A DNA stretch of 62,814 nt, filler included, from Octopus bimaculoides (GCF_001194135.2; 8 parts of 7 records of this genome joined end to end with filler, not necessarily neighbours in it), one strand, 5' to 3'; shown: positions 37,764-51,098, counted from the whole stretch's first letter. A program made the numbers and translations. Notes: a model not told the origin generated them from the letters alone.

Positions 37764-37821
37764 TTCATTTTCATTTTATCTAGTTTCAGCTCATGAGCTG
37801 TGGCCATGCTGGGGCACCGCC
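37764..37821 (-). mobile_element. Ultra-truncated CR1-type 3' tail insertion
   Basis: GGCGGTGCCCCAGCATGGCCACAGCTCATGAGCTGAAAC plus (AAAATG) tail; matches 56634-56671. Confidence 0.7.
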
Positions 37822-37844
37822 ATTTACATATAGAACTGTAATTA

Positions 37845-38040
37845 ATATTGGGTTTCAAATTTCAGCTCCAAACCAGCAATTTTCAGGGGTTGGGGTAAGT
37901 TGATTACGACAACCCTAGTGTTCAACTGGTACTTTATTGACTCTGAAAGGAAGGACCTCTGCAGAATTTGAACTCAGAACATAAAGACGGACGAAATGCG
38001 GCTAAGCATTTTTCCCATTATGCTACTGGCTCTACCAGCC
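37845..38040 (-). mobile_element. Nin/Deu-domain SINE, tail gamma
   Basis: GAATTTGAACTCAGAACATAAAGACGGACGAAATGCGGCTAAGCATTTT. Confidence 0.85.
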
Positions 38041-38103
38041 TGCAGTGTTTTTGATAATTAAAAGGAGGAACAACCATGCTTGTTAGTATTATTATTTATT
38101 TAT

Positions 38104-38405
38104 GCGCCCTTTCAAAGCCTAGCCATGCTCACGGGCCCGGTTTCCCGGTTTCTATGGCGTATGTGTTCCCCCCACTAGGTGGACGGGACGCCAGTCCATC
38201 GCAGCGTTACTCAAGAAACAGGAAGAAAGAGTGAGAGAAAATTGGGGCGAAAGAGTACAACAGGAGTCGCCACCAACCCCTGCCGGAGCCTCATAGAGCT
38301 TTAAGGTGTTTTCGCTCAATAAACACACAACGCCAGGTGTGGGAATCGAAACCGCGATCCTCCGACCGCGAGTCCGCTGCCCTAACCACTGGGCCATTGC
38401 GCCTC
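38104..38405 (-). mobile_element. tRNA-derived SINE (core M2, tail T1), full length
   Basis: Head GGCGCAATGGCCCAGTGGTTAGG..GGTTTCGATTCCC; tail shared with 29299-29545. Confidence 0.9.
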
Positions 38406-39068
38406 TACATGCTTGTTAGTATATTTCTGTTAAAATATTCAGCCTTGTTTCAATAAATCTTTTTTTTTTTTTTAAATTGAGAATTTTGCAAAATAATTTT
38501 ATCATTATGAATATGGTGTTCAGAAGCATAAATTTCAGATGAAATTTTGATGAAAGGTTGTAATTTAGATCATTTTAAAAACATGGAGTTTTGTATCTTA
38601 ANNNNNNNNNNNNNNNNNNNNNNNNNNNNNNNNNNNNNNNNNNNNNNNNNNNNNNNNNNNNNNNNNNNNNNNNNNNNNNNNNNNNNNNNNNNNNNNNNNN
38701 NNNNNNNNNNNNNNNNNNNNNNNNNNNNNNNNNNNNNNNNNNNNNNNNNNNNNNNNNNNNNNNNNNNNNNNNNNNNNNNNNNNNNNNNNNNNNNNNNNNN
38801 NNNNNNNNNNNNNNNNNNNNNNNNNNNNNNNNNNNNNNNNNNNNNNNNNNNNNNNNNNNNNNNNNNNNNNNNNNNNNNNNNNNNNNNNNNNNNNNNNNNN
38901 NNNNNNNNNNNNNNNNNNNNNNNNNNNNNNNNNNNNNNNNNNNNNNNNNNNNNNNNNNNNNNNNNNNNNNNNNNNNNNNNNNNNNNNNNNNNNNNNNNNN
39001 NNNNNNNNNNNNNNNNNNNNNNNNNNNNNNNNNNNNNNNNNNNNNNNNNNNNNNNNNNNNNNNNNNNN

Positions 39069-39105
<37 letters not shown>

Positions 39106-39469
39106 TATATACATATAAATTCACACATAGTATATTGTTTGTATTTAAAGCATAAAAATATATTTTGTTTACATTTTGAAGAACCAGGTTGCTTCACAAT
39201 GCTATTGTTGCAATATATTTTGGATGTAAATATATAATTACATATGCTAACAAAGTACATTTATACACTTCAAGTGTACATGAAATATATTCATATACAT
39301 ACATTCATACACATACTTATATACATACATACTTATATACATACATACATACATAAATACATTCAAACATACATACATACATACATACTTAAATACATAC
39401 ATACTTATATACATACATTCATATATATATATACATACATACATGCATATAATCTTTTATTCCTTTTCT

Positions 39470-39671
39470 TTTATTCGTTTACTTGTTACAGTCATTTGAC
39501 TGCGACCATGCTGGAGCACCACTTTAAAGGGTTTTAACCGAAGAGATTAACCTCAGGACTTAATCTTTGTAAACCTAGTACTTATTCTGAACCGCTAAGT
39601 TATGGAGACATAAACACACTAACATCGGTTGTCAAGCAATCATGGAGGGGGGTGAAGTGGGGGACACAAAG

Positions 39672-39709
<38 letters not shown>

Positions 39710-39800
39710 GATGGCCTTCTTTCAGTTTCTGTCTACTAAATCCACTCATAAGTGCCACACAGTGGGACTGAACCCAGAGTCACATGGTTGGGAAGCAACC
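39470..39800 (-). mobile_element. SINE group A, degenerate with deletions
   Basis: CAGTCATTTGACTGCGACCATGCTGGAGCACC..CAGTGGGACTGAACCC. Confidence 0.88.
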
Positions 39801-39826
39801 ATGTCTATATAAAATTATCCCAAACC

Positions 39827-39989
39827 CACTAGCATGGCTAGAGTGCATGCTGCCTAGGATGGCCCTTTCATTTTCAATCCCTGGACCCCACAAAAAACAA
39901 ATATTGTCTACAGGAGACCCAAAAGTGTCGCCCCTTTAAAAGTGCCACCTCGGTGGACCCACAGCGCTGCCCCGCCAGCTACGCTAGTG
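39827..39989. mobile_element. hAT-type MITE, 163 bp
   Basis: TIR CACTAGCATGGCT / AGCTACGCTAGTG; 8-bp TSD CCCAAACC / CCTAAACC. Confidence 0.7.
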
Positions 39990-40004
39990 CCTAAACCAAC
40001 TATA

Positions 40005-40250
40005 AATCCCTGAAGTGTGCTAGAGTGTTGTGGTGGCACTCATTCTGTGAAGCTTGGAGTTACTGGGGCAACAAAGAGGAAACCCATAGACTGCATTACT
40101 GAAGCTGCAGAGGATGCCAGGCCACGAGGTGGCTTTGGATAAAGAGGACAGACTAGGGGTTTGCTGCTACTGGGATGCAAGTTGGGACTTGATCAACCCT
40201 GACAGGGTCAAGTGGGCTGAATGATAGAAAGCTTAAAGGACTGAACATCA
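40005..40250 (+). mobile_element. HERO-like (RLE) non-LTR element 3' relic
   Basis: HSFCEA, LGVTGATKRKPIDCITEAAE and RWLWIKR in shifting frames; clade assignment by recognition only. Confidence 0.55.
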
Positions 40251-40292
40251 TAAACAAAAGAAAGCAAGACAATGAGTGTAAGTTCCAGAGAT

Positions 40293-40614
40293 CTGCAGTT
40301 CAACCTGGGTCCATATAAAAAATTTAGGGGTCCACACAAGCAAAGTACTAATTTTGGGGCCCGTAGTAGTTTATAAAAGGTCCATGAAAGAATTTTACTT
40401 TAGATGTGTTTATTGACAGAAACAGTTAGATTTCTTTCTCTAATGTTTTATATAGTTCAACCAACAGAAGTCAATGTGTGGAAAACAAAACAAGAATTTT
40501 GAAAGAAGTACCTATGAACCTAGTTTTTAAATATTGAATGACTACGGGGGCCCACCAGATAAAGTGGTAATGAAAGGGGGTTCGTAGGGGAAAAAAAATG
40601 GTTGAGGACCAATG
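40293..40614. mobile_element. Possible degenerate hAT MITE
   Basis: Right end reads CATTGGTCCTCAACC on the minus strand (hAT-like TIR); left end weak. Confidence 0.3.
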
Positions 40615-41221
40615 TACTAGAATAAAAAGACATATAGTTAACAGGAAGCTCAACAGAAAAATGATGGTAAGATAGTAATAAAAGAATTAAAGGCTCTCTA
40701 ACAGTGACCATTCCATCTTTTTTTATTTTTCAGATATACTGGATTTAGATTGACATTATTCATTGCATTTTTTTTATTGGGCAGAGTGATTTGAAAGAGA
40801 TTTGGCAGATGTTTCATGTAGGATAAAAGACTTCATAGAGTAACAAAGACAAACATGTGACATGCATGGTAACAGCGACATGCATGACATGCAATGGAAT
40901 GTGTTTACAAAACAAATGTCCTTGCAGTAACATGTTATAAAAAGCTTATCTATAAGTATTTACCGAAAACAAAAATGAAGGAGAGTGGCTCAATGGCTGG
41001 ACAGTTAGATTCAGGATTACAATGCTGTGGATTCAATTTCTAGACTGGGTAACATGTTGTGTCCTTTGAAAAGCTACTTCGTCTAATGTTGCTCCATTCT
41101 TGCAAACTATTGACCCCCAAACCCCCAAATAGTTCAAATCCCAAATTTTCTAGTACACACTAGATGAGAATAAAATCTAAACTACACACACACACACACA
41201 TTGCCTAACATTACCACATTG

Positions 41222-41316
41222 CTGCCAGCTCGCCGTTATGTTCTGAGTTCAAATTCCGCCGAGGTTGACTTTGCCTTTCATCCTTTCGAGGTTGATTAAA
41301 TAAGTACCAGTTACAC
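41222..41316 (+). mobile_element. Nin/Deu-domain SINE fragment with a short inverted head
   Basis: CTGCCAGCTCGCCG (reverse complement of the head) fused to the sense body. Confidence 0.75.
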
Positions 41317-41984
41317 ACGTTTCTTTGCGTGAATGCTTGTATGTCTGTGTCTTCTAGTCCTGACATTGCTGTAAATGAGTATCATTGTCGTACAAGCAGT
41401 GTCATTCTATTCCTTTCCAGAAGTCAGTGAAAACATGTCTGGCCAAGGGGGAAAAAATTACGTCACTTGAAAACAAACGAGAGTTGGCAACAGGAACTAC
41501 ACACAAAGAAAAAAAAAACCTGCCTCAACAAACACAATCCAATCCATGCAAGCATGGAAAAGAGGATAAAATTAGTGGGTTATTTGATGGAGATTTGGCT
41601 GCTATTTCAGGCAAAGCTATCATGCAATCACTCCCAATGTTATCTTATGACGTATAGAACAGTACTAGAACAATCTGCGTTTCTAGTTGTAATATTTTGT
41701 CGTGTATCAAGTACATGCTAGTTCTTATATTAAGGTTGCAACATATTCCAATAATCCCATATTGATTTCAGATTTTGACATGAGGCCAACGTATGAACCG
41801 ACCACTTCTGTACATGAATGGGGAGGGCTGTACTCGATTAAATCAATCTCGCTGCATGAACGGTGTTTGCGTTATTGATCACTGCGTGTGTTTTTTTGAA
41901 CGAAGCAATGATGTCTATCCCTGTAGAATCTGAATCTAGGGTGGGAAAAAAGATCTGTGTTTGTTAAACCGTTTTTTTATTTTC

Positions 41985-42165
41985 CTGCGAGAGTGCAGAT
42001 GTGGCTGTGAGGTTAAAAAAAGCAAAGCTTGATTTGCAACCATGTGGATTACAGGTTCAGTTCCACTGAGTGGTACCTTTGGCAAGTGTTTTCTAATGTA
42101 GCCATGTAGCCTTAGGTCAACCAATGCCTTATGTAGATGGAAACCTGTGTGGAAACCTGTTTTGC
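41985..42165 (+). mobile_element. SINE group A, degenerate 5' half
   Basis: ATGTGGCTGTGAGGTTAA..GGTTCAGTTCCACTG..GGCAAGTG. Confidence 0.75.
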
Positions 42166-42173
42166 ATATATAT

Positions 42174-42207
<34 letters not shown>

Positions 42208-42309
42208 ATNNNNNNNNNNNNNNNNNNNNNNNNNNNNNNNNNNNNNNNNNNNNTTAATTAATTAANNNNNNNNNNNNNNNNNNNNNNNNNNNNNNNNNNN
42301 NNNNNNNNN

Positions 42310-42353
<44 letters not shown>

Positions 42354-42546
42354 TACATGTGTATGTATGTGTGCGTATGAACGTTATACATACATGTGTT
42401 TATGCGATGTGTGCAGAGATACTTATACAGGTAATTGTTTTCAGGTCTCAAATAGTGTATAATTTATATACGCACGTATAATGTTGCCATAAATAGTGTT
42501 GTTTTCAGGTAATTAACATACTATGTTGTATATAGCCTATATAATG

Positions 42547-42597
<51 letters not shown>

Positions 42598-42620
42598 AAA
42601 TATATATACTGTGTATATAT

Positions 42621-43040
42621 GCGTAGGAGTGGTTGTGTGGTTAGAATCTTTCTTCCCAACCACATGGTTCTGGGTTCAGTCCCTCTGCGTGGCACATTAG
42701 ACAAGTGTCTTCTGCTACAGCCTCGGGCCGACCAGAGCCTTGTGAGAGGATTTTGTTGACGGAAACCGAAGGAAGCCCATCGTATACATATATATGCATT
42801 ACACACACACACACACACACACACACGTGTGTGTCTCCTTGTCCTTCCTCTGTCGCTTGACATCTGGTGTTGGTGTGTTTACGTCTTCGCAACTGAGCGG
42901 TTCGGTAAAAAAAAAAGGCCGCTAGAATAAGTACTAGGCTTTCAAATTATAAGCCCTGGGGTCGATTTTTTCGACTTAAAGGCGGTGCTCCAGCATGGCT
43001 GCAGTCAAATGACTGAAACAAGTAAAAGAATAAAAGAATA
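42621..43040 (+). mobile_element. SINE group A, full length
   Basis: Colinear with 35744-36150. Confidence 0.92.
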
Positions 43041-43370
43041 TATATATATATACACACACACGCATTCATACATATGGCTTTAAACATAGATTTGTATGAT
43101 TGCCTGCTTTCACATACACACACATACAGATGTATACATATACATACGTATACATAAACACTAATTGAAATATCTAAAATAATATACACATACATATATA
43201 TATTCCTATGTATTTATTAGCTTACATGCATACATACATATGTACATACATACATGCACGTAGGGTGGTGTTCGTGTGTGTAACACGTTGATAATGAATC
43301 TTAGATAAAACTTAGATATGTTTCGACCAAAGATTGGTCCAGGCCATGTCTAACTTCATAGCTAACTTCA

Positions 43371-43542
43371 ATCGCTTTCTGTGGTCGTTAATGCGAGTCG
43401 TGTCATCGCTTTCTGTGGTCGTTAATGCGAGTCGTGTCATCGTTTTCTGTGGTCGTTAATGCGAGTCGTGTCATCGTTTTCTGTGGTCGTTAATGCGAGT
43501 CGTGTCATCGTTTTCTGTGGTCGTTAATGCGAGTCGTGTCAT
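43371..43542. repeat. 34-bp CpG-rich minisatellite, at least 5 units, runs into a gap
   Basis: Unit ATCGYTTTCTGTGGTCGTTAATGCGAGTCGTGTC, period 34. Confidence 0.97.
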
Positions 43543-44384
43543 NNNNNNNNNNNNNNNNNNNNNNNNNNNNNNNNNNNNNNNNNNNNNNNNNNNNNNNNNN
43601 NNNNNNNNNNNNNNNNNNNNNNNNNNNNNNNNNNNNNNNNNNNNNNNNNNNNNNNNNNNNNNNNNNNNNNNNNNNNNNNNNNNNNNNNNNNNNNNNNNNN
43701 NNNNNNNNNNNNNNNNNNNNNNNNNNNNNNNNNNNNNNNNNNNNNNNNNNNNNNNNNNNNNNNNNNNNNNNNNNNNNNNNNNNNNNNNNNNNNNNNNNNN
43801 NNNNNNNNNNNNNNNNNNNNNNNNNNNNNNNNNNNNNNNNNNNNNNNNNNNNNNNNNNNNNNNNNNNNNNNNNNNNNNNNNNNNNNNNNNNNNNNNNNNN
43901 NNNNNNNNNNNNNNNNNNNNNNNNNNNNNNNNNNNNNNNNNNNNNNNNNNNNNNNNNNNNNNNNNNNNNNNNNNNNNNNNNNNNNNNNNNNNNNNNNNNN
44001 NNNNNNNNNNNNNNNNNNNNNNNNNNNNNNNNNNNNNNNNNNNNNNNNNNNNNNNNNNNNNNNNNNNNNNNNNNNNNNNNNNNNNNNNNNNNNNNNNNNN
44101 NNNNNNNNNNNNNNNNNNNNNNNNNNNNNNNNNNNNNNNNNNNNNNNNNNNNNNNNNNNNNNNNNNNNNNNNNNNNNNNNNNNNNNNNNNNNNNNNNNNN
44201 NNNNNNNNNNNNNNNNNNNNNNNNNNNNNNNNNNNNNNNNNNNNNNNNNNNNNCGCTAAGCATTTTGTCCGGAATGCTAATGGTTCTATGAAGGCATGGG
44301 GCCAGGAAATTTTTCAACGGAGGAGAAAAGCCGATGTCTTCGACTCCATTAACAACAACAACAACAACAACAACGATAATAATG

Positions 44385-44418
<34 letters not shown>

Positions 44419-44717
44419 TAATAATAATAATAATAATAATGATAATAATAATAATAATAATGATAATAATAATAATAATAATGATAATAATGGTCGATGC
44501 AATAATTATATGAAAATAAAAAAAACGGTTTTGTCAAATGAGATAATATGGCGATTATATCGACAGAAAACGAAATTATGGTTTCATAGCTTATACGCAC
44601 GCGCACACACACGCACACACACCCAGAGAAAAATTCATTATTAAGCCAAGCAAACAAAATAATTATAAGCACAAACAAAATCATGTAAAATAAACAAATA
44701 TACAAATATTAGATCGA

Positions 44718-44748
<31 letters not shown>

Positions 44749-44765
44749 AATTTGTATATATATAT

Positions 44766-44818
<53 letters not shown>

Positions 44819-45140
44819 NNNNNNNNNNNNNNNNNNNNNNNNNNNNNNNNNNNNNNNNNNNNNNNNNNNNNNNNNNNNNNNNNNNNNNNNNNNNNNNNNN
44901 NNNNNNNNNNNNNNNNNNNNNNNNNNNNNNNNNNNNNNNNNNNNNNNNNNNNNNNNNNNNNNNNNNNNNNNNNNNNNNNNNNNNNNNNNNNNNNNNNNNN
45001 NNNNNNNNNNNNNNNNNNNNNNNNNNNNNNNNNNNNNNNNNNNNNNNNNNNNNNNNNNNNNNNNNNNNNNNNNNNNNNNNNNNNNNNNNNNNNNNNNNNN
45101 NNNNNNNNNNNNNNNNNNNNNNNNNNNNNNNNNNNNNNNN

Positions 45141-45185
<45 letters not shown>

Positions 45186-45499
45186 AAGATTAATATATTT
45201 GCTTCCATATATATACATATATACAATCAAACACATTCATCTTCCTCTCGCTCTCTTTCTCTCTCTCTCTCTCTCTCGTCCTCTCACCTTTTGTGATTAT
45301 TGTATATAAATAGTTTATTTAAGGTTATTTAATATTCGCAACGCATCGACGGGGGTTGGGTTGAGTGATGTGGGGTGGTGTGGGCAGTTGGACGAGAGGG
45401 CATGGTGGGTGTGGGGGTGGGAAAGGAAAGAAGAAAAGGAAATAATTAACAAATAGAATAAAGAAATTACTTAACCGAATGTACAAAAGAGAGTGGGAG

Positions 45500-45860
45500 G
45501 TTAAAGAGGAGGAGGATGAAGATGAGCAGGGATGAAGCAGAAGGGGAAGAAGAAGAAAGGGAAGGAGAAGAAAAGGAAGTAAGAAGAGAAAAAGAGGAGA
45601 GAAGGAGTAGTAGTAGAAGAAGAAGAAGATGAAAAAGATGAAAAAGAAGAAGAAGAAGAAGAAGAAGGACAACAATAACAAGAATAGGAAGAGGAGAAGA
45701 AAAAGGAGAAAATGAAGAGGAGAAGAAGAAGAAGGACAACAATAACAAGAATGGGAAGAGGATGAGAAGAATGAGAAGAAGGAAGAGAAGAAAAAGGAGA
45801 AAGAGAAGAGGAGAAGAAGAAGAAGGAGAAGAAGATGTTGATGATGATTATGATGAAGGC
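45500..45860. repeat. Compound (GAA/GAG/GAT) purine-rich repeat with internal duplications
   Basis: Directly visible. Confidence 0.9.
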
Positions 45861-46530
45861 GATGATCATGTTGGGAATGATGATACTGATGCAGTAAAAA
45901 AAAGATGTCGAATTAGAAGAAAATTGCGAAAACTAGCAAAGAAAGGGAAAAAAAATCGAGGAAGAACAAGAAGAAGAATGAAAATAAGAAGAAAAATAAA
46001 TAATATATTTTGTTTTTTGGTTCCCTAGTTTGAATAAACGAATGCGTACAACGAGTGGGAAATGACAAAGCATGGTTGACCCTTTTCACTCATCAGGCTT
46101 TGATTTAGCAGACGACCGACTGTCGTTAGGGGTTAAAGGACGCATGCGCACAAACTTTTAAGAGAATACCATTTCTGAGCAGACGACAACATGAGTGTAA
46201 TGGCGGTTGATGAAAAAAGAAAACGTGGAGAAAATTGACGTTTAAGATGATTAAGCATTTGGCTTGTCGTCTGCCAGTTTATCCGTGCGTGTGTTTGTGT
46301 TTGTGTGTGTGTGTATGCATGTGTTCTGTATGTGGTTTGCTTATACATACATATATAAATGGATTATATACATGTGTGGTTACGGCTGTGTTTGTATGTA
46401 TATATTATGCATTATATCAATATATATCCGTGTGGATTGTGTATGTACGTGTGTACTTGAGTCTGCGTGTATTTTGTGTTCATATACACACATATATATA
46501 TGTGTGAGTGTATATATATATATATATATA

Positions 46531-46566
<36 letters not shown>

Positions 46567-46963
46567 CATATACACAGGCATGTGTCTGCACAAACATACA
46601 TATGCATGTTTGCAGTCAACTCACCCCCAAACATGCACATACGCACACGTACACACGCACGCATACACATACACAGATGCATATGTATATATATACTTGA
46701 GGGCGCTGTGCCCTCGTGCATGGAGTGCAAATGGCGCGTGTATCCTTGGGGGTACCGCCTATCACAGCTGTCCATAACTATAAAGGCAGCGAATGGTCAT
46801 CCTTTGAAATGGCCGCCACAGTTTCTCTCATTACGGATACTAACGTTGTTAGAAACGGTTAATGGACGCACCCCAGTCACTATAATCGCATATGTGTGTG
46901 TGTGTGCATCTGTGATATATATATATATGTATATGTATGTATGAAAATAAGAATTCGCCGGTC

Positions 46964-47037
46964 GGCAGTTTAGCTTAATGGGTAGAGAACTCCCACCGGA
47001 TATTGGAGGGGTGTGAGTTCGATCCTCGTGGCTGGTT
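46964..47037 (+). ncRNA. tRNA-like Pol III unit (Ile-like D and T arms, aberrant anticodon arm)
   Basis: A box TAGCTTAATGG (46971-46981), B box GAGTTCGATCC (47015-47025), T5 terminator at 47047-47051. Confidence 0.55.
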
Positions 47038-47252
47038 GCCGGCAAATTTTTAGCTCTTAAAATGGATTTTATCCTTTATATATAGTGTTCAGTCTTTACC
47101 TGTTGAAAAAAAAATATCTATCCACTTGTTCTACAATACATTTCAACACTTGAAAAAACAAACTTATGTTTATTTACATATGACGTAATATATATATACA
47201 TATGTATATGTATATATATACATATATATATATATACACACACACATACATA

Positions 47253-47305
<53 letters not shown>

Positions 47306-47306
<1 letters not shown>

Positions 47307-47424
47307 CGATGGGCTTCTTTCAGTTTCCGTATACCAAATCCACCCACAAGGCATGGTCAACCCGAGGCTGTAGTAGAAGACACTTGCCTAAAGTGCAATG
47401 CAGTGGGACTGAACCCGGAACCAT
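47306..47424 (-). mobile_element. SINE group A fragment
   Basis: ACGATGGGCTTCTTTCAGTTTCCGT..CAGTGGGACTGAACCCGGAACCAT. Confidence 0.88.
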
Positions 47425-47841
47425 ATATATATACATATATTACACATACGTACATACATACATATGTACATACATACATGCATATACACATGCATACAGA
47501 ATAGGACAAGAGGCTTTAAACAGGGAAAAAAAACTAGTTATAAAGAGAGATATATTGTTAGATGAACAAGACAAGTGGTCCGGTATTGAAAGAGATAAAT
47601 GGCAAAATTGTTACATATACACATAGACACACATAATGTATGTATATATATACACACACATTTCTATATGTTATATGTATGGATGTATATATATAAATGT
47701 GAGTATGTTTATGTATATGATGTGTGCGCAGATGAGAGTTCGGCAGTTTCCATTGATGTGGTTGATTCTGTTTGCGAATATACGCGTATGTATACTTCGA
47801 TGGAACAAGATAGCTGGATTGATTGATAGATAAATAAATGG

Positions 47842-47903
<62 letters not shown>

Positions 47904-47988
47904 ATATACACACATATATATATATATATCGGTAGATATATTGATAGATTAATACGGAGAAAGAGAAAGGAAGGTAGTCAGCTAATTG

Positions 47989-48036
<48 letters not shown>

Positions 48037-48127
48037 GAGAGAGAGAGAGAGAAACAGAAAGATAAAATATATATACATGCGTACATGCATGCACATACCA
48101 ACATATATATATATATATATATATATC

Positions 48128-48167
<40 letters not shown>

Positions 48168-48372
48168 TGTATAGTGTAGAAAGAGAGGTAGATCAATAGA
48201 TAGGCAGATAAATAGTTAAATTGGTTAATGAATAGATAGATAGAAGGATAAAGAGAGAAAGAGAGAAGGAGGGGAGGGGGAGGAGAGAGAGACAGATATA
48301 TAGATAGGTATGCAGATTGATAGACTGATAGAGAAGCAGATAGACAGGTAGATAGATAGACAGATAGACAGG

Positions 48373-48404
<32 letters not shown>

Positions 48405-49486
48405 TATATATACACACAAAGATAAGAAGATAGATAGATAGATAGATAGATGGATAGATAGATGGATAGACAGACAGATAGAGAGATATATATACACACA
48501 TAGATAACAAGATAAATAGATAGATAGATAGATAGATAGATACAGGGACAGATAGATCGATAAAGAAGGCGAAAAAACGAGGGATGGGTGGAATAGACGG
48601 GGTGTGACTAGATTGAAAAAGATTTCGATGGTGTGAGCGTAGAAACAAACTAATCTCCGTAACTTCAGTTTCAAACACAAGACCGCCATTGACCTCCATC
48701 CCGCCAGGCCTCTATCTCTGCGTTATCTTTGCTTCTATCCAACCATGGCCGACCCTGCCCTGTAGCATTTAATATCTCATCTCTTTTGCTTTCATTATCT
48801 ACGTGAACGCTTGTATATAAGTATATACATATGTACATAAATAATAATCTGAACATCTAGAACAATATATGCATGTATATCTATATATATGTACGTGTGT
48901 ATATATATATATAATATATATATATGCACGTGTGTATATATATATATATAATATATATGCATATATATTATATATATATATGCACATATATATATATATG
49001 CACGTGTGTATATATATATATATATATATAATATATATGCATATATATTATATATATATATGCATATATATATTATATATATATATAAATATATATATAT
49101 ATATTCGGAGATTGATATATTATGTCTTATACATAAATATTGGATATAATACGCAGTTTATCTATCTATCGATCGATCGATCTATCGATCAGTGTGTCTA
49201 TCTTCTTCTATCTTCCTATCTTACTCTCTGGATAACTCTCTTTATCTCACTCTCTCCATTTGTATACATACATACATATATATCTAACTATTGATATACA
49301 TATACTTATATATATATATATATTATATATATACACACAGAGAGAAACACACACACATATACATTTATATACAAACACATCAGCATTTCTTTATTTGGCG
49401 TACATATATATATGTATATATATATATGTGTGTATATATATATCTATATATATATATATGTATGTATATACGTATGTATGTATGTA

Positions 49487-49523
<37 letters not shown>

Positions 49524-49733
49524 CGAGAGAAATGTATATAAATATACATATATGTGTGTATATATGTATGTATACTCTCACACACAAACATACATCTGTG
49601 TTTCTCTCTCTCCCTCTGTTCCCCCTCCTCTCTTTCTTTCTCTCTCTCTCTCTCCCAGATATACATCTACAGAAATATATGTCCACATATCTCCAATATT
49701 ACACACACTATACACACACAGACACACACACTC

Positions 49734-49789
<56 letters not shown>

Positions 49790-49889
49790 NNNNNNNNNNN
49801 NNNNNNNNNNNNNNNNNNNNNNNNNNNNNNNNNTTAATTAATTAANNNNNNNNNNNNNNNNNNNNNNNNNNNNNNNNNNNNNNNNNNNN

Positions 49890-49934
<45 letters not shown>

Positions 49935-49957
49935 ATATATATATATATATATATATT

Positions 49958-50253
49958 GTTGGTTACGATGACGAGGGTTCCATTTGATCCTATCAACGGA
50001 ACAGCCTGCTCATGAAATTAACGTGTAAGTGGCTGAGCACTCCACAGATACGTGTACCCTTAACGTAGTTCTCGGGGAGATTCAGCGTGACACAGAGTGT
50101 GACAAGCTACGACAGAAACAGGAAGAAAGAGTGACACAAAGTTGTGGTGAAAGAGTACAGCAGGGTTCGGCACCACCCCCTGTTGGAGCCTTGTGGAGCT
50201 TTAAGTATTTTCGTTCAATAAACACTCACAACGCACGGTCTGGGAATCGAAAC
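49958..50253 (-). mobile_element. tRNA-derived SINE (core M2, tail T2), 5'-truncated
   Basis: Core AAACAGGAAGAAAGAGTGA..AAAGAGTACA shared with 38104-38405; different tail. Confidence 0.8.
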
Positions 50254-50404
50254 AGACAGAGTTAGAATTCCATTGAATAATATATTCCTCTATACACAAT
50301 CCTACAAAGCCCTTTATATATGTATATATGAATATACATTTGTACGTATACATGTTTGTATGTTCGTATGTATGCATATATGTATGCACGCATGTACGTA
50401 TGTA

Positions 50405-50470
<66 letters not shown>

Positions 50471-50854
50471 GTAAGTATGTAGACATTAATGCATGCATGT
50501 ATGTATGTCATTATTCAGTTTATTGCAAGATTTCTTGCCAATAGAGAAAGAACCGATTTCTAATCCATTGGAATTTCTACATGAAAAATAGGGTATTTTT
50601 GTATGTATGTATGTATGTATGTGTACATGCATGCATGTGTATGCGCATATTCGCATGCGTATGTATGTCTGTGTGAGCAAGGCCTTCTTCTCACAATGCT
50701 CACTGTTCATTAGTCTGTTGTTGAATATAAACTTATCCATTAAAAAAACCTTTCTTATTTTTAGCATTCGCACACGCATATTTATATAGACAAACATGTC
50801 GATAGTGAAGGGAAGTGCAATAGACAGATAGATTGACGGGCAGACAGACAGAAT

Positions 50855-50928
<74 letters not shown>

Positions 50929-51023
50929 CACACAGGTAGACAGATAGACATACAGGTAGACAGACAGAGAGGTAGACAGATAGATAGATAAATAGATAGA
51001 TAGCTAGCTAGCTAGGTAGATAC

Positions 51024-51098
51024 ATTTCTTTTATTAGCCACACAGGGCTCAACGAAGATGGGACAAATACAATGTAGAGCTTTTCTTTTTGGGAGGGG

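Noticed and set aside
43371-43542. CRISPR-like 34-bp repeats
   Set aside because: Contiguous tandem units with no spacers, in eukaryotic context with no cas genes
48560-48800. GC-richer island with short minus-strand ORFs
   Set aside because: No recognisable protein, repeat or RNA motif; not enough support
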